Shown: piece after piece, positions 55,764 through 64,000 of the stretch | How positions within the stretch are numbered: the first letter of the stretch is position 1 | How the letters are laid out: each line of letters starts with the position of its first letter | Assembly: GCF_001194135.2 (NCBI RefSeq) | Contig: NC_068981.1 | Location: 41,477,317 to 41,541,316, forward strand | Reading direction: 5' to 3' | Source: Octopus bimaculoides | Lineage: Eukaryota | Length of the DNA: 64,000 nt | Made by a program: the position numbers and the translations under genes | Notes under the pieces: model-generated | The model's input: only the letters and a program-made list of their open reading frames with translations | Told to the model about the DNA's origin: nothing | The model's database searches: none

Positions 55764-58700
55764 GTGTCTATGTATGTGTGTCTATGTATGTATGTGTGTA
55801 TGTATGCGTGCATGTGTTTGTCCCTCCATCATCGCTTGACAACTGATGCTTGTATGTTTATGGTTCAGCAAAAGTGACCAATAGAATAAGTATTACGCTT
55901 ACAAAAAATAAGCCCTGGGGTCGATTTACTTGACTAAAAGTGGAGCCCCAGCATGGCCACAGTCAAATGACTGAAACAAGTAAAAGAATAAATAAATATA
56001 TATATAAACAACTTAGAAATTACATACCAAAAACCATGTAGCATACATGAAATTGCGTGATCTTGGTTGGTCAAAACCAACTCAATATCTTGTCTGAAAG
56101 AAACAAATAAATATCTAGGTGTTAACATTTTAAAATATTATCAGGTGGGCAGTAAGAAAGTTGGTTTCAAAGAAAATACACAATGAGAAAGCATTCAATA
56201 ATCTTAGAAGAATATTAAGGAGATGATGATGATAAACAGCATTATAGGATGGACAGGTTAGCAAAATGTCATTTTTTCATGAATCTCAAACCTACTTGCA
56301 CCACTGCATTTATGAGATCCAACAATTTTTGAGACTATATTAAGTATAGTTAAGACAGACTTACTAGAAGATAAGAATAATTAAGTAATAAAAGTATTAA
56401 CCAATATATAGCTGAGGAACAAGTGCATGAATAAAAATGATGGCTAAGGAATGTACAACTCTTGTTATGCTGGTAAAATTATTTTAACAGAGAGATCAAA
56501 GGCTTGAGAAAAAGCTGGAATAAATATTGGACCTCACAGATAATCAAGTTTCATGAGAAAATTATTATATAACAATGCAGTTTATCATGGTTAAAAGTAA
56601 ACATAAAAATGATGATTATGGTGGCAGCAGTGGTGATAACAATGACAATGGTTTATCAGATATATTTAGAAATACCAGTTTCAAATTATGGCACAAAGCC
56701 AGCAATTGGGGGGGGGGGAGTCAACCTTAGTGAAACTTGATCTCAGAACGTAAAGACAGACAAAATGCTGCTAAGCATTCTACCAGGCATGTTAATGATC
56801 CTGCCAGCTCACTGCCTTGATATATTTAGAATATCGAGTGAAATCGTTGCCAGTGCCATTTTGAGTGTGGCTGTTGCCAGTACTGCCTGACTGGCCTTCG
56901 TGCCAGTGGCACATAAAAGCACCCACTACACTCTCTGAGTGGTTGGCGTTAGGAAGGGCATCCAGCTGTAGAAACTCTGCCAAATCAGATTGGAGCCTGG
57001 TGTAGCCAACTGGTTTCACCAGTCCTCAGTCAAATTGTCCAACCCATGCTAGCATGGAAAGTGGACGTTAAACGATGATGATGATGATGATGATGACGAT
57101 GATTAACTCTCCAAATTCTTGATTACTTACCCTTGATATTTGACATCATTGACTTGGTAGCGATTATATAATGAACACACAGGAGAACAAGTCAGTGGAT
57201 TATCTTTGGAACTGAAAACAATAAATCATGAGTAATAATAGAACAGTAATCAAAATTCAAAATAGAAAGGAGAAAAGCTGATATAAAAGAAAAATTAACA
57301 TACGTTTTTGTTTTAGATTTAAAAGGAGAAAGATTTTTTATATCATCACAGAATTCATCATCAGATGCTGTTGACTTGGGCACATCATCAAAGTCAAATG
57401 ATGAATTCCACTGAGAAAGTTCAATATTTTCTTCTTCATCAAGTTTGCTTTGTGGTTCTGAGGAAATATTGTTATTGCTCACAGAAGAAATATGTTTTAT
57501 GTTGGGAACTGGAGAGAATGAGGTAGGCGAGTTAGGTTTGTCCTGAATGTGTTTCAAATTAACATCCACTAAATTTGCATTATCATTTTTACTAGTATCA
57601 TTCAGACTAATACCACTGGATCTTTGCATATTTACATCATTGGAATGATTATGTTTCATATCTGGAGAAATATTACTTTGAATATGGTTAGGGTTAATGA
57701 GGTTGTTTGATAATCCCTTATCACTGGAATTTATTTCTTTAAGAATTTCAGATAATATTTCATTATCATTAATAACAGATCCATTTTCAATACGAGGTTC
57801 ACTTTTTGAAATTTTTTCCATATTAATCTTTACTTCAGTCATAACTTGTTTTCCTTTAGATAAGTTTTGGCTTTTAGCAACAGGAATTTCTGCGAGAATT
57901 TCAGACAGAAATGTATCATTTGTATTATTTAGTTTTTTAGGAACCATATCTTTTTTTGCACCCAACCAATTAAACACTTTATTTTCAGTATTACTACCAT
58001 CATTTTTTCTCAAAGTAGAAACACTTAAATTATTTTTAACATTAGATTTTTTAAGTTCATTACAAGCACTCAAATTCTTTGGAAAATTTTGAACTGGGCT
58101 TTTTAAAGAATCATTTTGCTCCCAAACATCATTTGGGTCCGGGTTTAAATTTTCCCACATAGCTAACTGCTCATCTGAATAGGCTTCACTTAAACTGTGA
58201 TCTTCTAGCGTATTGTTTTCATTATCATCACTATTATCAAGAAATAAATTAGATAACTCAATGCTACATCCAGTATTAAGTGATAGTCCAGTTTTATTTA
58301 ATTCACTGCTGAGGGAACGTTTTGATAATGGTGAACAACCTGGAACTGCTAACCGTTTAACAGATGTTCCTGACAAACCAGTGTAATTTTTTACAGGGGT
58401 CAGAGGTTTATTAATTGGTTCTGCTAATTTCAGTGTAGTATATTCTACAATACTGTCTTTTTTCTGTAGTGATTCAACCTTCTTCATAGATTTCTTTGAA
58501 ATTTTAGACTTTAGTTTACTTTTACAATCTGCTTTTTTATTTATTCGGTTTTCCACTGTATTTTTTAAATCAGAAGAGGAAGAAAGAAAACTGCGTGCAA
58601 AAGATTTTTTTTGTATTCTCTCAAGAGTATCTGAATAATGACTAGTTTCAGGCTGCTTTGCAAATATTGGAGAATTAGATTTTTCAGGAAAATTAGAAAT

Positions 58701-61700
58701 GTTATGGTTAGGAGAAACAGAGCAAGAAAATATTTCCATTTCAGACTTTTCTTCGCTTCCTGGAATGTCTGTATTATGTTGAGGAGAGTTTTGAACAAAT
58801 TTTCCAATGCCATCAAATACATTTGCTTTTTTGATACAAATTTCTTTAACTGGTGTTTCAAGAATAATGTTGGAATCATCAAGATTAACAGTTTCTGCAT
58901 TCATAGATTCTGACAGACTGGAACAACTTAGCAGAGGATGTATACTGGAAGTAGTTAAATTATCAGACGCATCGTCATTCTTTGTACAGGTCGGATGATG
59001 AGAGACTTCGGAAATTTCATCTGATTTGTGAAGATGAGCAGTTTCCTCTTTTACTGATTTCAATATGCCTGAAGTAGTTGGGAGAGGATATGGACCAAAA
59101 TTAGTTAAATCATCAAAAACAGGAGATTTTTTAGAACAAGATCCTTCAGGTTGTATATCAGGAATTGTATTTGATTCATTAATGTCTGTGATTTTCTGTT
59201 TTTGACTACCATACATTTTAAACAACAATGGATCAGTGGAGGTCTGACATGAAATAGGTGGCTTTTTGGTACTTTTAGAAATTTCTGTTTGGTCGCATGC
59301 TTTAAATTGACTATTTGTGAAATTTTCTGGTTGTTCTGCCACATAAACAGTTGAGGCCTTTTTTGACAGCCGTAATCGATTTTTGAAATTTGGTTTTCCA
59401 ACACCAGAAAACATGCTTTTATTTGAATTATTCTGAAAACAAAATAAAGATAATTTCTTTTATTTCTTATATGATCAACAAATAGAACATTACAATACAA
59501 TATAAAGATACATGGAATGAAGTTATATGTGTGTGTGTGTGTGCATACAGGATGCAATGGGTAAATTGTTGGCCTTTTATAATTTTAATTTCGCATATTG
59601 TTTATTTTTGATTTTGTCGGCTACACAGTATGGTGGGTGTCAGTTGGGCACCGTCTGTGAGAAAACCAGCACCATAAAGCAATTCACTCTGCCAGAAATT
59701 TGGAAACAACATGCTGTACTGCTTGACATTCGCACCAGAAGCTCCAATACAAACAGATGGTGAACACACAGAACTGTTGGCTTGCCATGTCCCCAAAACA
59801 TGTACTGAGAATGATAAAAATCAAACATCCAGTCAACATCATGGAGTTTGGAGCGATCACTAGTGATGGTGACATTATTCATCTTCCCACATGGCTTCAG
59901 ACTCAACAGGGTGGCTGCTGGAAGACCCTATGTCTGGCAACAGGATTCTGCACCATGCCACACATGACCTCAATATTCTGATAATGATACAATAAAGTGC
60001 AAAACGTGAAATTGGATACATATTAAATGCTGTGCCTTACCATAAAAAATGAAATTTTTGGCTGGCTGGAATCCTAAATTGAAAACAAATATATATTACA
60101 AAAAAGTTGAACATATTACAGGCAGCAAAAGTATAAACAGACTCAATATAATTAAGGTAGAAAATTAAGTTACATTTTCTATAATTAAGGTAGAAAATGT
60201 TTGTTGAAAACATTTCCATATTTATCTTTGTAGCACTCAATAACAATCTATTTCAAAATCTCCGAATATAATAATGAGCGTAGTGATCTTATATATATAT
60301 TTGTCCAAAACCACATAGGAAGGAGGAGAAATAGTAGTATAAATGAAGGGAGAGGAGAGAAAATAGTAATTCAGTAAAGGAGAAGTAGTGAGAGTAATAG
60401 CCCTGACTAAGAGGAGTGAGAGAAAGTAATAGCAATGAGAGAGAGGAAGTGGCAAAGAACGTGTCATGTATCTTGTTTTTCTCTGCCACAACGTATGAAT
60501 GAGAAAAGAAGGGGTGATAGATGAATAACAACGGAAGGGGTGAAAAAAAAAAATCAGTGTTTCAACTCTGTGTGAGTATATGTGTATGCAAAAGGGAGGT
60601 ATGTGTATGTGGGTGCAATGGAAGTGGGATAGTGAACGATCAATGCTGAAAAGAAAAATCAAACAGCATTTCAACTCTGTGAGTATATGTGTGCATGTGT
60701 GTGCGCGAACAAGGGAGGTATGTGAATGTATGTGAACATTCACAAGTGTATTAATTTGATTTACCATCCATATCTTCTGCTATAATAATACTCTTGTGTA
60801 TTTCTCCATCACAATATCGTCATCATCATTGTTTAACGTCCGCTTTCCATGCTAGCATGGGTTGGACGATTTGACTGAGGACCGGCAGGCCAGAAGGCTG
60901 CACCAGGCTCCAATCTGATCTGGCAGAGTTTCTACAGCTGGATGCCCTTCCTAAAGCCAACCACTCCGAGAGTGTAGTGGGTGCTTTTACGTGCCACTGG
61001 CACGATGGCCAGTCACACGGTACTGGCAACAGCCATGCTCAAAAAGGTGTTTTTTACATGCCAGGAATAGGTGAAAGATGAATAAGGAAAGAATGGGTGA
61101 TAAATGAATAAGGAAGGAAGGGGTGATAACAAACGTGATAGTGGGATAATGGAAGTTCTATGGTGAAAAAAAAAAAAAATCAAACAGCATTTCAACTCTG
61201 CGTGAGTATATGTGTATGTATATAAAAGGGGGTCATGTGAATGTGTGTGTGTGTGTGTGCAATGGAAGTGAACAAATAATGCTGAAAGGAAAACTCAGTG
61301 TTTCAACTCTGTGTGAGTATATGTGTATGTATATAAAAGGGGGTCATGTGAATGTGTGTGTGTGTGCAATGGAAATGAACAAATAATGCTGAAAGGAAAA
61401 CTCAGTGTTTCAACTCTGTGTGAGTATGTGTGTGTATGTGTGTGTGTGCATGTACAAGGGAAGTATGTGAATGTTTGTATCTGTGATTATTAAGTACCTT
61501 ATTTATATATTAAATACTACAATCAGCCGTCATTTTTGATGGCATGGAGCCAGCTAGTTAAGCAATAATACATAATGCAAACATAAGTTAAGCATAATTT
61601 CCACATCAAACATAAACATAATTTGAAGGTAATCAATTATGCAAATAATTAAAATCTTCATAAAGACTTTTTAATCTGATAATTGTCTACCAATAAATAT

Positions 61701-63345
61701 TTTTATTTATCAAATGATGAACTTCAAAAAATATAATTATTTAATGCAAGAAAAGAACAACTCCACTTTACAGTCAATTTTTTCCCCCATTGAACTGTTT
61801 TCAGTCTGCTGCTAGATGAAAAGTCAGCACACTTTTGCCAACTTAACTATGCTAGTTCAAAGTCAACCAACACAAACTGGTCAATTCTACAGGGTGGGGT
61901 TGTAAAAAATTAGTCCTGATCACTATTTTGTACAACTGTTTCTTGTATTTTCTTAGATATACCCAGTTGAACAAACTTGTTTTGTGAAAGACTACTGTAG
62001 TTACTATACTGCATCCAAGAAAAGGCCATTAGCTTGACACAATCTAGAAATATGACCTTTCTACTGTGACAGAAACAATACATTTTCATGAGAGCAACTC
62101 TATACTACTCCTACCTACATCCACTCAATGAATCCACATGCCCTAACCACATTTCAATTCTCAGACCAGCACTCCTATGTGTGTACAAAGTTGTACATCT
62201 ACATAGTGCTTCTTTCATAACAAATTCAGCATGTATGGTGATGGTTAAAGTTCAGCAATGAAATCTATTAAAACCAAAATATTCTTGAGTAATTCAAAAG
62301 ACTATAAGTCATTAACTAATATCATCTTTTCCCTGCTGCATAATTATTCCTATCAGATACAGCTACACAAATTTGACCAATATTAAATATTTTGATCAGG
62401 CATCTTAACCTTCAGATCCTCCACTTCTCTGGAATTCTAATTCTGCTCATCATTCTTCTGCTAATTATCAATATTTAAGATTGAATGAGAGGAACTGTAT
62501 GAGTCAGCTTGTTACTTGTTGATTTCAAATTCTGGCACAAGGCTAGCAATTTTCAGGGAGGTAGTAAATTGATTACATCAATCCCAGTGTTTAACTAGTG
62601 CTTATTTTATTGACCCTAAGAGGGCAAAGGGCAAAGTTAACCCCAACAGCATTTGAACTCAGAATTAAAGATGGAAGAAATGCTGGAAAGCAGTTTTTCC
62701 AGTGCAGTAACAATTCCACCAGCTTGCCACATTAGTTTGTTGTTTAATAATAGTTTCAAATTTTGGCACAAGATCAGCAAGTTCAGGGGATAGGTAAGTC
62801 GATTACATCAACCCCATTGCTTAACTGGTACTTATTTTATAGGCCCCCAAAAGGATGAAAGGTAAAGTCAACCCTGGTGGAATTTGAACTCAGGACATAG
62901 ACAAGCAAAATGCTGCTAAACATTGTACCCAACATGCTAACAATTCTGCCAACTAACCATCTTGTTTGTTACTTAATTTTTTAAAAACTATTAAAAAGAT
63001 ACACAACACTGAATTTAATTTCAAATAAATAATCCTCATTGAAATAATGATAGTTAAATTTTATTTTACATCGAAGTAGCTATGTTTAATAACATTTTTA
63101 GACTTAATCTGTAGACCAACTTTAGATTAACTGACTCTTGGGACTCTTTAGCAGAGTTCACTTTGTTACAAGCATTTAGGCCAGGTTTCTAGAGTGAGGG
63201 TAAATTTCGATCTTCCTTCAACTAGATGATAAAAAGCCTGCATTTATGAAAACAATTCAATACAGGTGAGAGACAATCATCTCTAGTTTTAAAGTTCATT
63301 AAAAACAGATATATTTACCGAGTTGTCTTTCACAGGTTTCCCCAT
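21144..63345 (-). CDS. DNA2: DNA replication ATP-dependent helicase/nuclease DNA2 (31 coding exons, ~1728 aa)
   Basis: Exons join with consistent phases into one 5187-nt ORF. Motifs: Fe-S Cys (FCMRK; [10 protein letters not shown]), nuclease ([38 protein letters not shown]), SF1 helicase ([46 protein letters not shown]). Confidence 0.96.
21180..22475 (-). other. DNA2: U12-type (minor spliceosome) AT-AC intron, last intron of DNA2
   Basis: 5'SS ATATCCTTT (22475-22467); branch-site-like TTCTTTAAC (21197-21189) about 9 nt before the terminal AC (21181-21180); in-frame junction. Confidence 0.88.
21710..21719. other. Assembly gap (N10), inside the AT-AC intron
   Basis: N run. Other gaps at 49344-49369 and 55562-55571. 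Confidence 0.99.
22476..22622 (-). CDS. DNA2: DNA2 c30 ([22 protein letters not shown]...QRQL)
   Basis: Motif VI; ends at the non-canonical donor CTT|ATATCCTTT. Confidence 0.93.
23689..23898 (-). CDS. DNA2: DNA2 c29 ([12 protein letters not shown]...[16 protein letters not shown])
   Basis: Helicase motif V. Confidence 0.97.
24507..24599 (-). CDS. DNA2: DNA2 c28 (VPAPE...[10 protein letters not shown]...)
   Basis: NxxEA motif; phase 0-0. Confidence 0.93.
26071..26151 (-). CDS. DNA2: DNA2 c27 (...SWML...KAVLFLNT)
   Basis: Motif IV-like VxFLxT; phase 0-0. Confidence 0.9.
27041..27146 (-). CDS. DNA2: DNA2 c26 ([23 protein letters not shown]...)
   Basis: Conserved LSNxLxYxGxL; phase 2-0. Confidence 0.92.
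28189..28275 (-). CDS. DNA2: DNA2 c25 (SLGMDKSLF...LNLQYRMN)
   Basis: QYRM motif. Confidence 0.95.
29468..29667 (-). CDS. DNA2: DNA2 c24 (VVATTC...[11 protein letters not shown]...[10 protein letters not shown])
   Basis: Walker B and motif III. Confidence 0.97.
30430..30558 (-). CDS. DNA2: DNA2 c23 ([18 protein letters not shown]...)
   Basis: Conserved FLRxG...HP; phase 0-0. Confidence 0.93.
31795..31910 (-). CDS. DNA2: DNA2 c22 ([10 protein letters not shown]...[14 protein letters not shown])
   Basis: Walker A end and motif Ia. Confidence 0.96.
32013..32061 (-). CDS. DNA2: DNA2 c21 ([16 protein letters not shown])
   Basis: First half of Walker A. Confidence 0.95.
33279..33331 (-). CDS. 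DNA2: DNA2 c20 ([18 protein letters not shown])
   Basis: Q-motif LNxxQ; phase 1-0. Confidence 0.92.
34802..34881 (-). CDS. DNA2: DNA2 c19 ([13 protein letters not shown]...)
   Basis: Conserved LRxLIID; phase 2-1. Confidence 0.92.
35381..35503 (-). CDS. DNA2: DNA2 c18 (...IFKVDK...NNLITLM)
   Basis: Matches the F(R/K)(L/V)D...NL..LM pattern; phase 2-2. Confidence 0.9.
36255..36365. repeat. (CA)n/(AT)n microsatellite
   Basis: Direct inspection. Others: (AT)n near 3386-3410, 49305-49343, 55540-55561; (AAT)n near 38670-38713; (TG)n near 55724-55755; poly-A near 16118-16140 and 26360-26389. Confidence 0.95.
37556..37705 (-). CDS. DNA2: DNA2 c17 (1B beta-barrel: [14 protein letters not shown]...)
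   Basis: AG/GT sites, phase 2-2. Confidence 0.88.
37811..38170 (-). mobile_element. Young family A SINE
   Basis: High similarity to the copies at 44620, 56834 and 60817. Confidence 0.9.
38387..38491 (-). CDS. DNA2: DNA2 c16 ([10 protein letters not shown]...)
   Basis: Resembles the conserved EKxGxCxxNL segment; phase 2-2. Confidence 0.88.
38870..39005 (-). mobile_element. CR1-like LINE 3' fragment
   Basis: [31 protein letters not shown] matches the CR1 C-terminal TRGH.YK...R..FF..RV...WN.L pattern. Confidence 0.75.
39010..39420 (+). mobile_element. RTE-like LINE RT N-terminal fragment
   Basis: Degenerate ...NDW.....YK......Y.GIKLMD.V.KV..R...LIRKRI..DDMQF. Confidence 0.65.
39548..39733 (-). 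CDS. DNA2: DNA2 c15 (...[21 protein letters not shown]...IWCSTGIDR)
   Basis: First AG after the pyrimidine tract keeps frame; stalk region. Confidence 0.87.
40008..40179 (-). CDS. DNA2: DNA2 c14 (GLIQLRNE...[24 protein letters not shown])
   Basis: CxxC-x5-C Fe-S ligands; phase 1-2. Confidence 0.95.
42055..42175 (-). CDS. DNA2: DNA2 c13 ([14 protein letters not shown]...GLLLYLKD)
   Basis: QxxLY motif; phase 0-1. Confidence 0.95.
42778..42858 (-). CDS. DNA2: DNA2 c12 (...[20 protein letters not shown])
   Basis: ELKTG nuclease motif. Confidence 0.95.
44247..44289 (-). CDS. DNA2: DNA2 c11 ([14 protein letters not shown])
   Basis: Catalytic Asp motif; phase 2-0. Confidence 0.95.
44620..44972 (+). 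mobile_element. Young family A SINE with (GAT)n tail
   Basis: ...AAAGCACCCACTACACTCTC.GAGTGGTTGG.GTTAGGAAGGGCATCCAGCTGTAGAAACT...CCATGCTAGCATGGAAAGCAGACGTTAAACGATGATG. Confidence 0.9.
46129..46998 (+). mobile_element. Internally deleted mariner transposon with both TIRs
   Basis: TIRs GAGGTGGTATCAAAAAGTTCCTGGACTGGTT / AACTAGACCAGGAACATGTTGATACCACCTC, TA-flanked; fragments [65 protein letters not shown]. Confidence 0.92.
47560..47628 (-). CDS. DNA2: DNA2 c10 (...[12 protein letters not shown])
   Basis: Hallmark DIEENIWSP motif. Confidence 0.95.
48333..48440 (-). CDS. DNA2: DNA2 c9 (YGLGTDE...[12 protein letters not shown])
   Basis: AG/GTAAG sites; phase 2-2. Confidence 0.88.
49527..49612 (-). 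CDS. DNA2: DNA2 c8 ([11 protein letters not shown]...ILHE)
   Basis: TTTTCTCCAG| ... |GTAAGA; phase 0-2. Confidence 0.82.
52195..52257 (-). CDS. DNA2: DNA2 c7 ([21 protein letters not shown])
   Basis: Nuclease His motif; phase 0-0. Confidence 0.92.
52720..52820 (-). mobile_element. 5'-truncated young family A SINE
   Basis: 3' 100 bp nearly identical to the 44870-44970 copy. Confidence 0.85.
53119..53143 (-). CDS. DNA2: DNA2 c6, 25-nt microexon (AVLNERFR)
   Basis: TTTTATTTCTATTTCAG|A GCA GTT TTG AAT GAG AGG TTC AGA|GTTAGT; supplies the conserved AVLxE motif and bridges phase 2 to 0. Confidence 0.88.
54330..54494 (-). CDS. DNA2: DNA2 c5 (...GDIVHV...[23 protein letters not shown])
   Basis: Conserved DNA2 segment with the first Fe-S cysteine; donor GTAAGT. 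Confidence 0.93.
55572..55985 (+). mobile_element. tRNA-like SINE head with CORE-like segment and microsatellite body
   Basis: GTGGCTGTGTGGTAAGTAGCTTGCTTACCAACCAC...GGGTTCAGTCCCACTGCGTGACACCTTGGGCAAGTGTC. Reverse-strand heads at about 2760-2900, 25770-25890, 36370-36520, 42640-42760, 45040-45190, 51730-51850. Confidence 0.8.
56028..56093 (-). CDS. DNA2: DNA2 c4 ([22 protein letters not shown])
   Basis: AG/GT sites, phase 2-2; OB-fold region. Confidence 0.88.
56834..57103 (+). mobile_element. Young family A SINE; tail lies about 25 nt from the DNA2 c3 donor
   Basis: Same signature and (GAT)n tail. Confidence 0.9.
57131..57211 (-). CDS. DNA2: DNA2 c3 ([27 protein letters not shown])
   Basis: TTTTCAG| ... 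|GTAAGT, phase 2-2; 92-nt preceding intron. Confidence 0.85.
57304..59432 (-). CDS. DNA2: DNA2 c2, 2129-nt exon encoding an S/N/K-rich N-terminal extension
   Basis: Coincides with the 740-aa ORF; acceptor TTTTGTTTTCAG|AATAAT, donor AC|GTATGT; in frame with c3. Confidence 0.9.
59630..59965 (+). mobile_element. Tc1/mariner-superfamily (maT/DD37D-like) transposase fragment
   Basis: [14 protein letters not shown]...[21 protein letters not shown] and ..[15 protein letters not shown]. Confidence 0.75.
60440..61470. repeat. ~100-bp minisatellite (at least 5 units) with (TG)n, split by a SINE
   Basis: Recurrent TTTCAACTCTG(T/C)G(T)GAGTATATGTG near 60560, 60670, 61190, 61300 and 61410. Confidence 0.85.
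60817..61062 (-). mobile_element. Young family A SINE inserted in a minisatellite
   Basis: Roughly 90% identical by eye to 56860-57090, in reverse orientation. Confidence 0.9.
62525..62955 (-). mobile_element. Two adjacent family B SINE copies (about 62525-62715 and 62755-62955)
   Basis: Both read as the reverse complement of the 13613 element. Confidence 0.8.
63319..63345 (-). CDS. DNA2: DNA2 c1 (MGKPVKDNS); exon starts at 63369
   Basis: ATG at 63345, donor TCG|GTAAAT, phase 0 matching the c2 acceptor. Confidence 0.7.
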
Positions 63346-63649
63346 GGTTTATCACAATGCTTGTAAGAACTGGAAGTTTAAAAAGAATATAACAAAATCA
63401 ATTCTAAGATAACGGGTTGTATAAAAAAATACTTTCAAGATTTATTAAATTTCATAAATCATTTAGAGAGAGAGAGAGAGAGAGAGATTACTATCACACT
63501 ACATAGCAGAGGCTCACTCCATTTCTTTGTTTATACAAGCAAATTAAATTAAATAGACTATGCTGTCACTCAACTAGCCAGATACACCAACTAAATCTTC
63601 TGCAAATCACATCCTTTCTTTTTAAATAAATAAAAACAAACATGCTTAC

Positions 63650-63720
63650 CCACTAAAAAATAGGATGGTCACAGTGGAAATGTTCTTGGTCATAAGTCTG
63701 CAGGATAAGAGCGACATGGG
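63650..63720 (-). other. DNA2: Putative DNA2 5' leader exon (upstream boundary/TSS unknown)
   Basis: Strong donor GG|GTAAGC at 63650/63649 inside a relatively CpG-rich region; the next exon has acceptor TTTTAAACTTCCAG| at 63370-63371. Confidence 0.55.
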
Positions 63721-63960
63721 TAAACAACAACAATTAATGTTTATATGAATATTGAGACAAAGAACGCAAAATTAAACGTTTTATGACAATTACTTTCGTC
63801 TACCTCTCTGGTATCGACAACATAAACACCAATTCGAATGGAACACAAATTAGCCAAAAGAATTGACCTCCTTCCTCTTCGGTAATAAAAAAATCAACTA
63901 AGTGTCGTGAGGGGCTAATACAGTTTCGCACCTCTCCTTGAAAAAAATTTTCAGATTCCT
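63721..63960 (-). promoter_or_regulatory. Probable DNA2 promoter/5' region
   Basis: CpG locally more frequent than in the CpG-poor introns; lies directly upstream of the first donor site. No specific factor site is securely identified. Confidence 0.4.
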
Positions 63961-64000
63961 CCAGTTTGGATGTCAGAGATTATGAATATGCAAAAAAAAA

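Noticed and set aside
57697-58913. Plus-strand ORFs 57697-58092 (131 aa) and 58638-58913 (91 aa)
   Set aside because: Antisense shadows of the DNA2 giant exon; hydrophobic sequence is expected from reverse-complemented K/N/E codons.
60237-60767. 176-aa minus-strand ORF
   Set aside because: Runs through a purine-rich, TG-rich minisatellite; no domain features.
62405-62455. C box (ATGATGA) and D box (CTGA) on the minus strand
   Set aside because: Boxes are only about 30 nt apart with no terminal stem; too short for a C/D snoRNA.

Overview
Eukaryotic, AT-rich, repeat-rich genomic DNA. The SINE, LINE and DNA-transposon content and the intron-rich genes point to an octopod cephalopod (Octopus-like; inference). 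Two convergent genes were reconstructed by hand from splice sites and reading frame. (1) On +, the last three coding exons of sedoheptulokinase (SHPK, FGGY kinase; 15224-18994); its 5' exons were not found in the window. (2) On -, an apparently complete DNA2 nuclease/helicase: 31 coding exons, 63345->21144, 5187 nt CDS, about 1728 aa, with Fe-S, nuclease and SF1 helicase motifs all present. Most notable: the last DNA2 intron is a minor-spliceosome (U12-type) AT-AC intron; DNA2 has an ~720-aa low-complexity N-terminal extension in one 2129-nt exon; a spliced uORF overlaps the DNA2 start; inverted young SINE pairs bracket DNA2 exon blocks; a decayed duplicate of a SHPK exon and a nested-inverted-repeat element sit in a SHPK intron. 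No rRNA, true tRNA or CRISPR array was seen. Most short ORFs in the track are noise or repeat debris. Three N gaps are present. Repeat boundaries are approximate unless TIRs or TSDs are given. DNA2 coding exons are numbered c1-c31 in transcript order.
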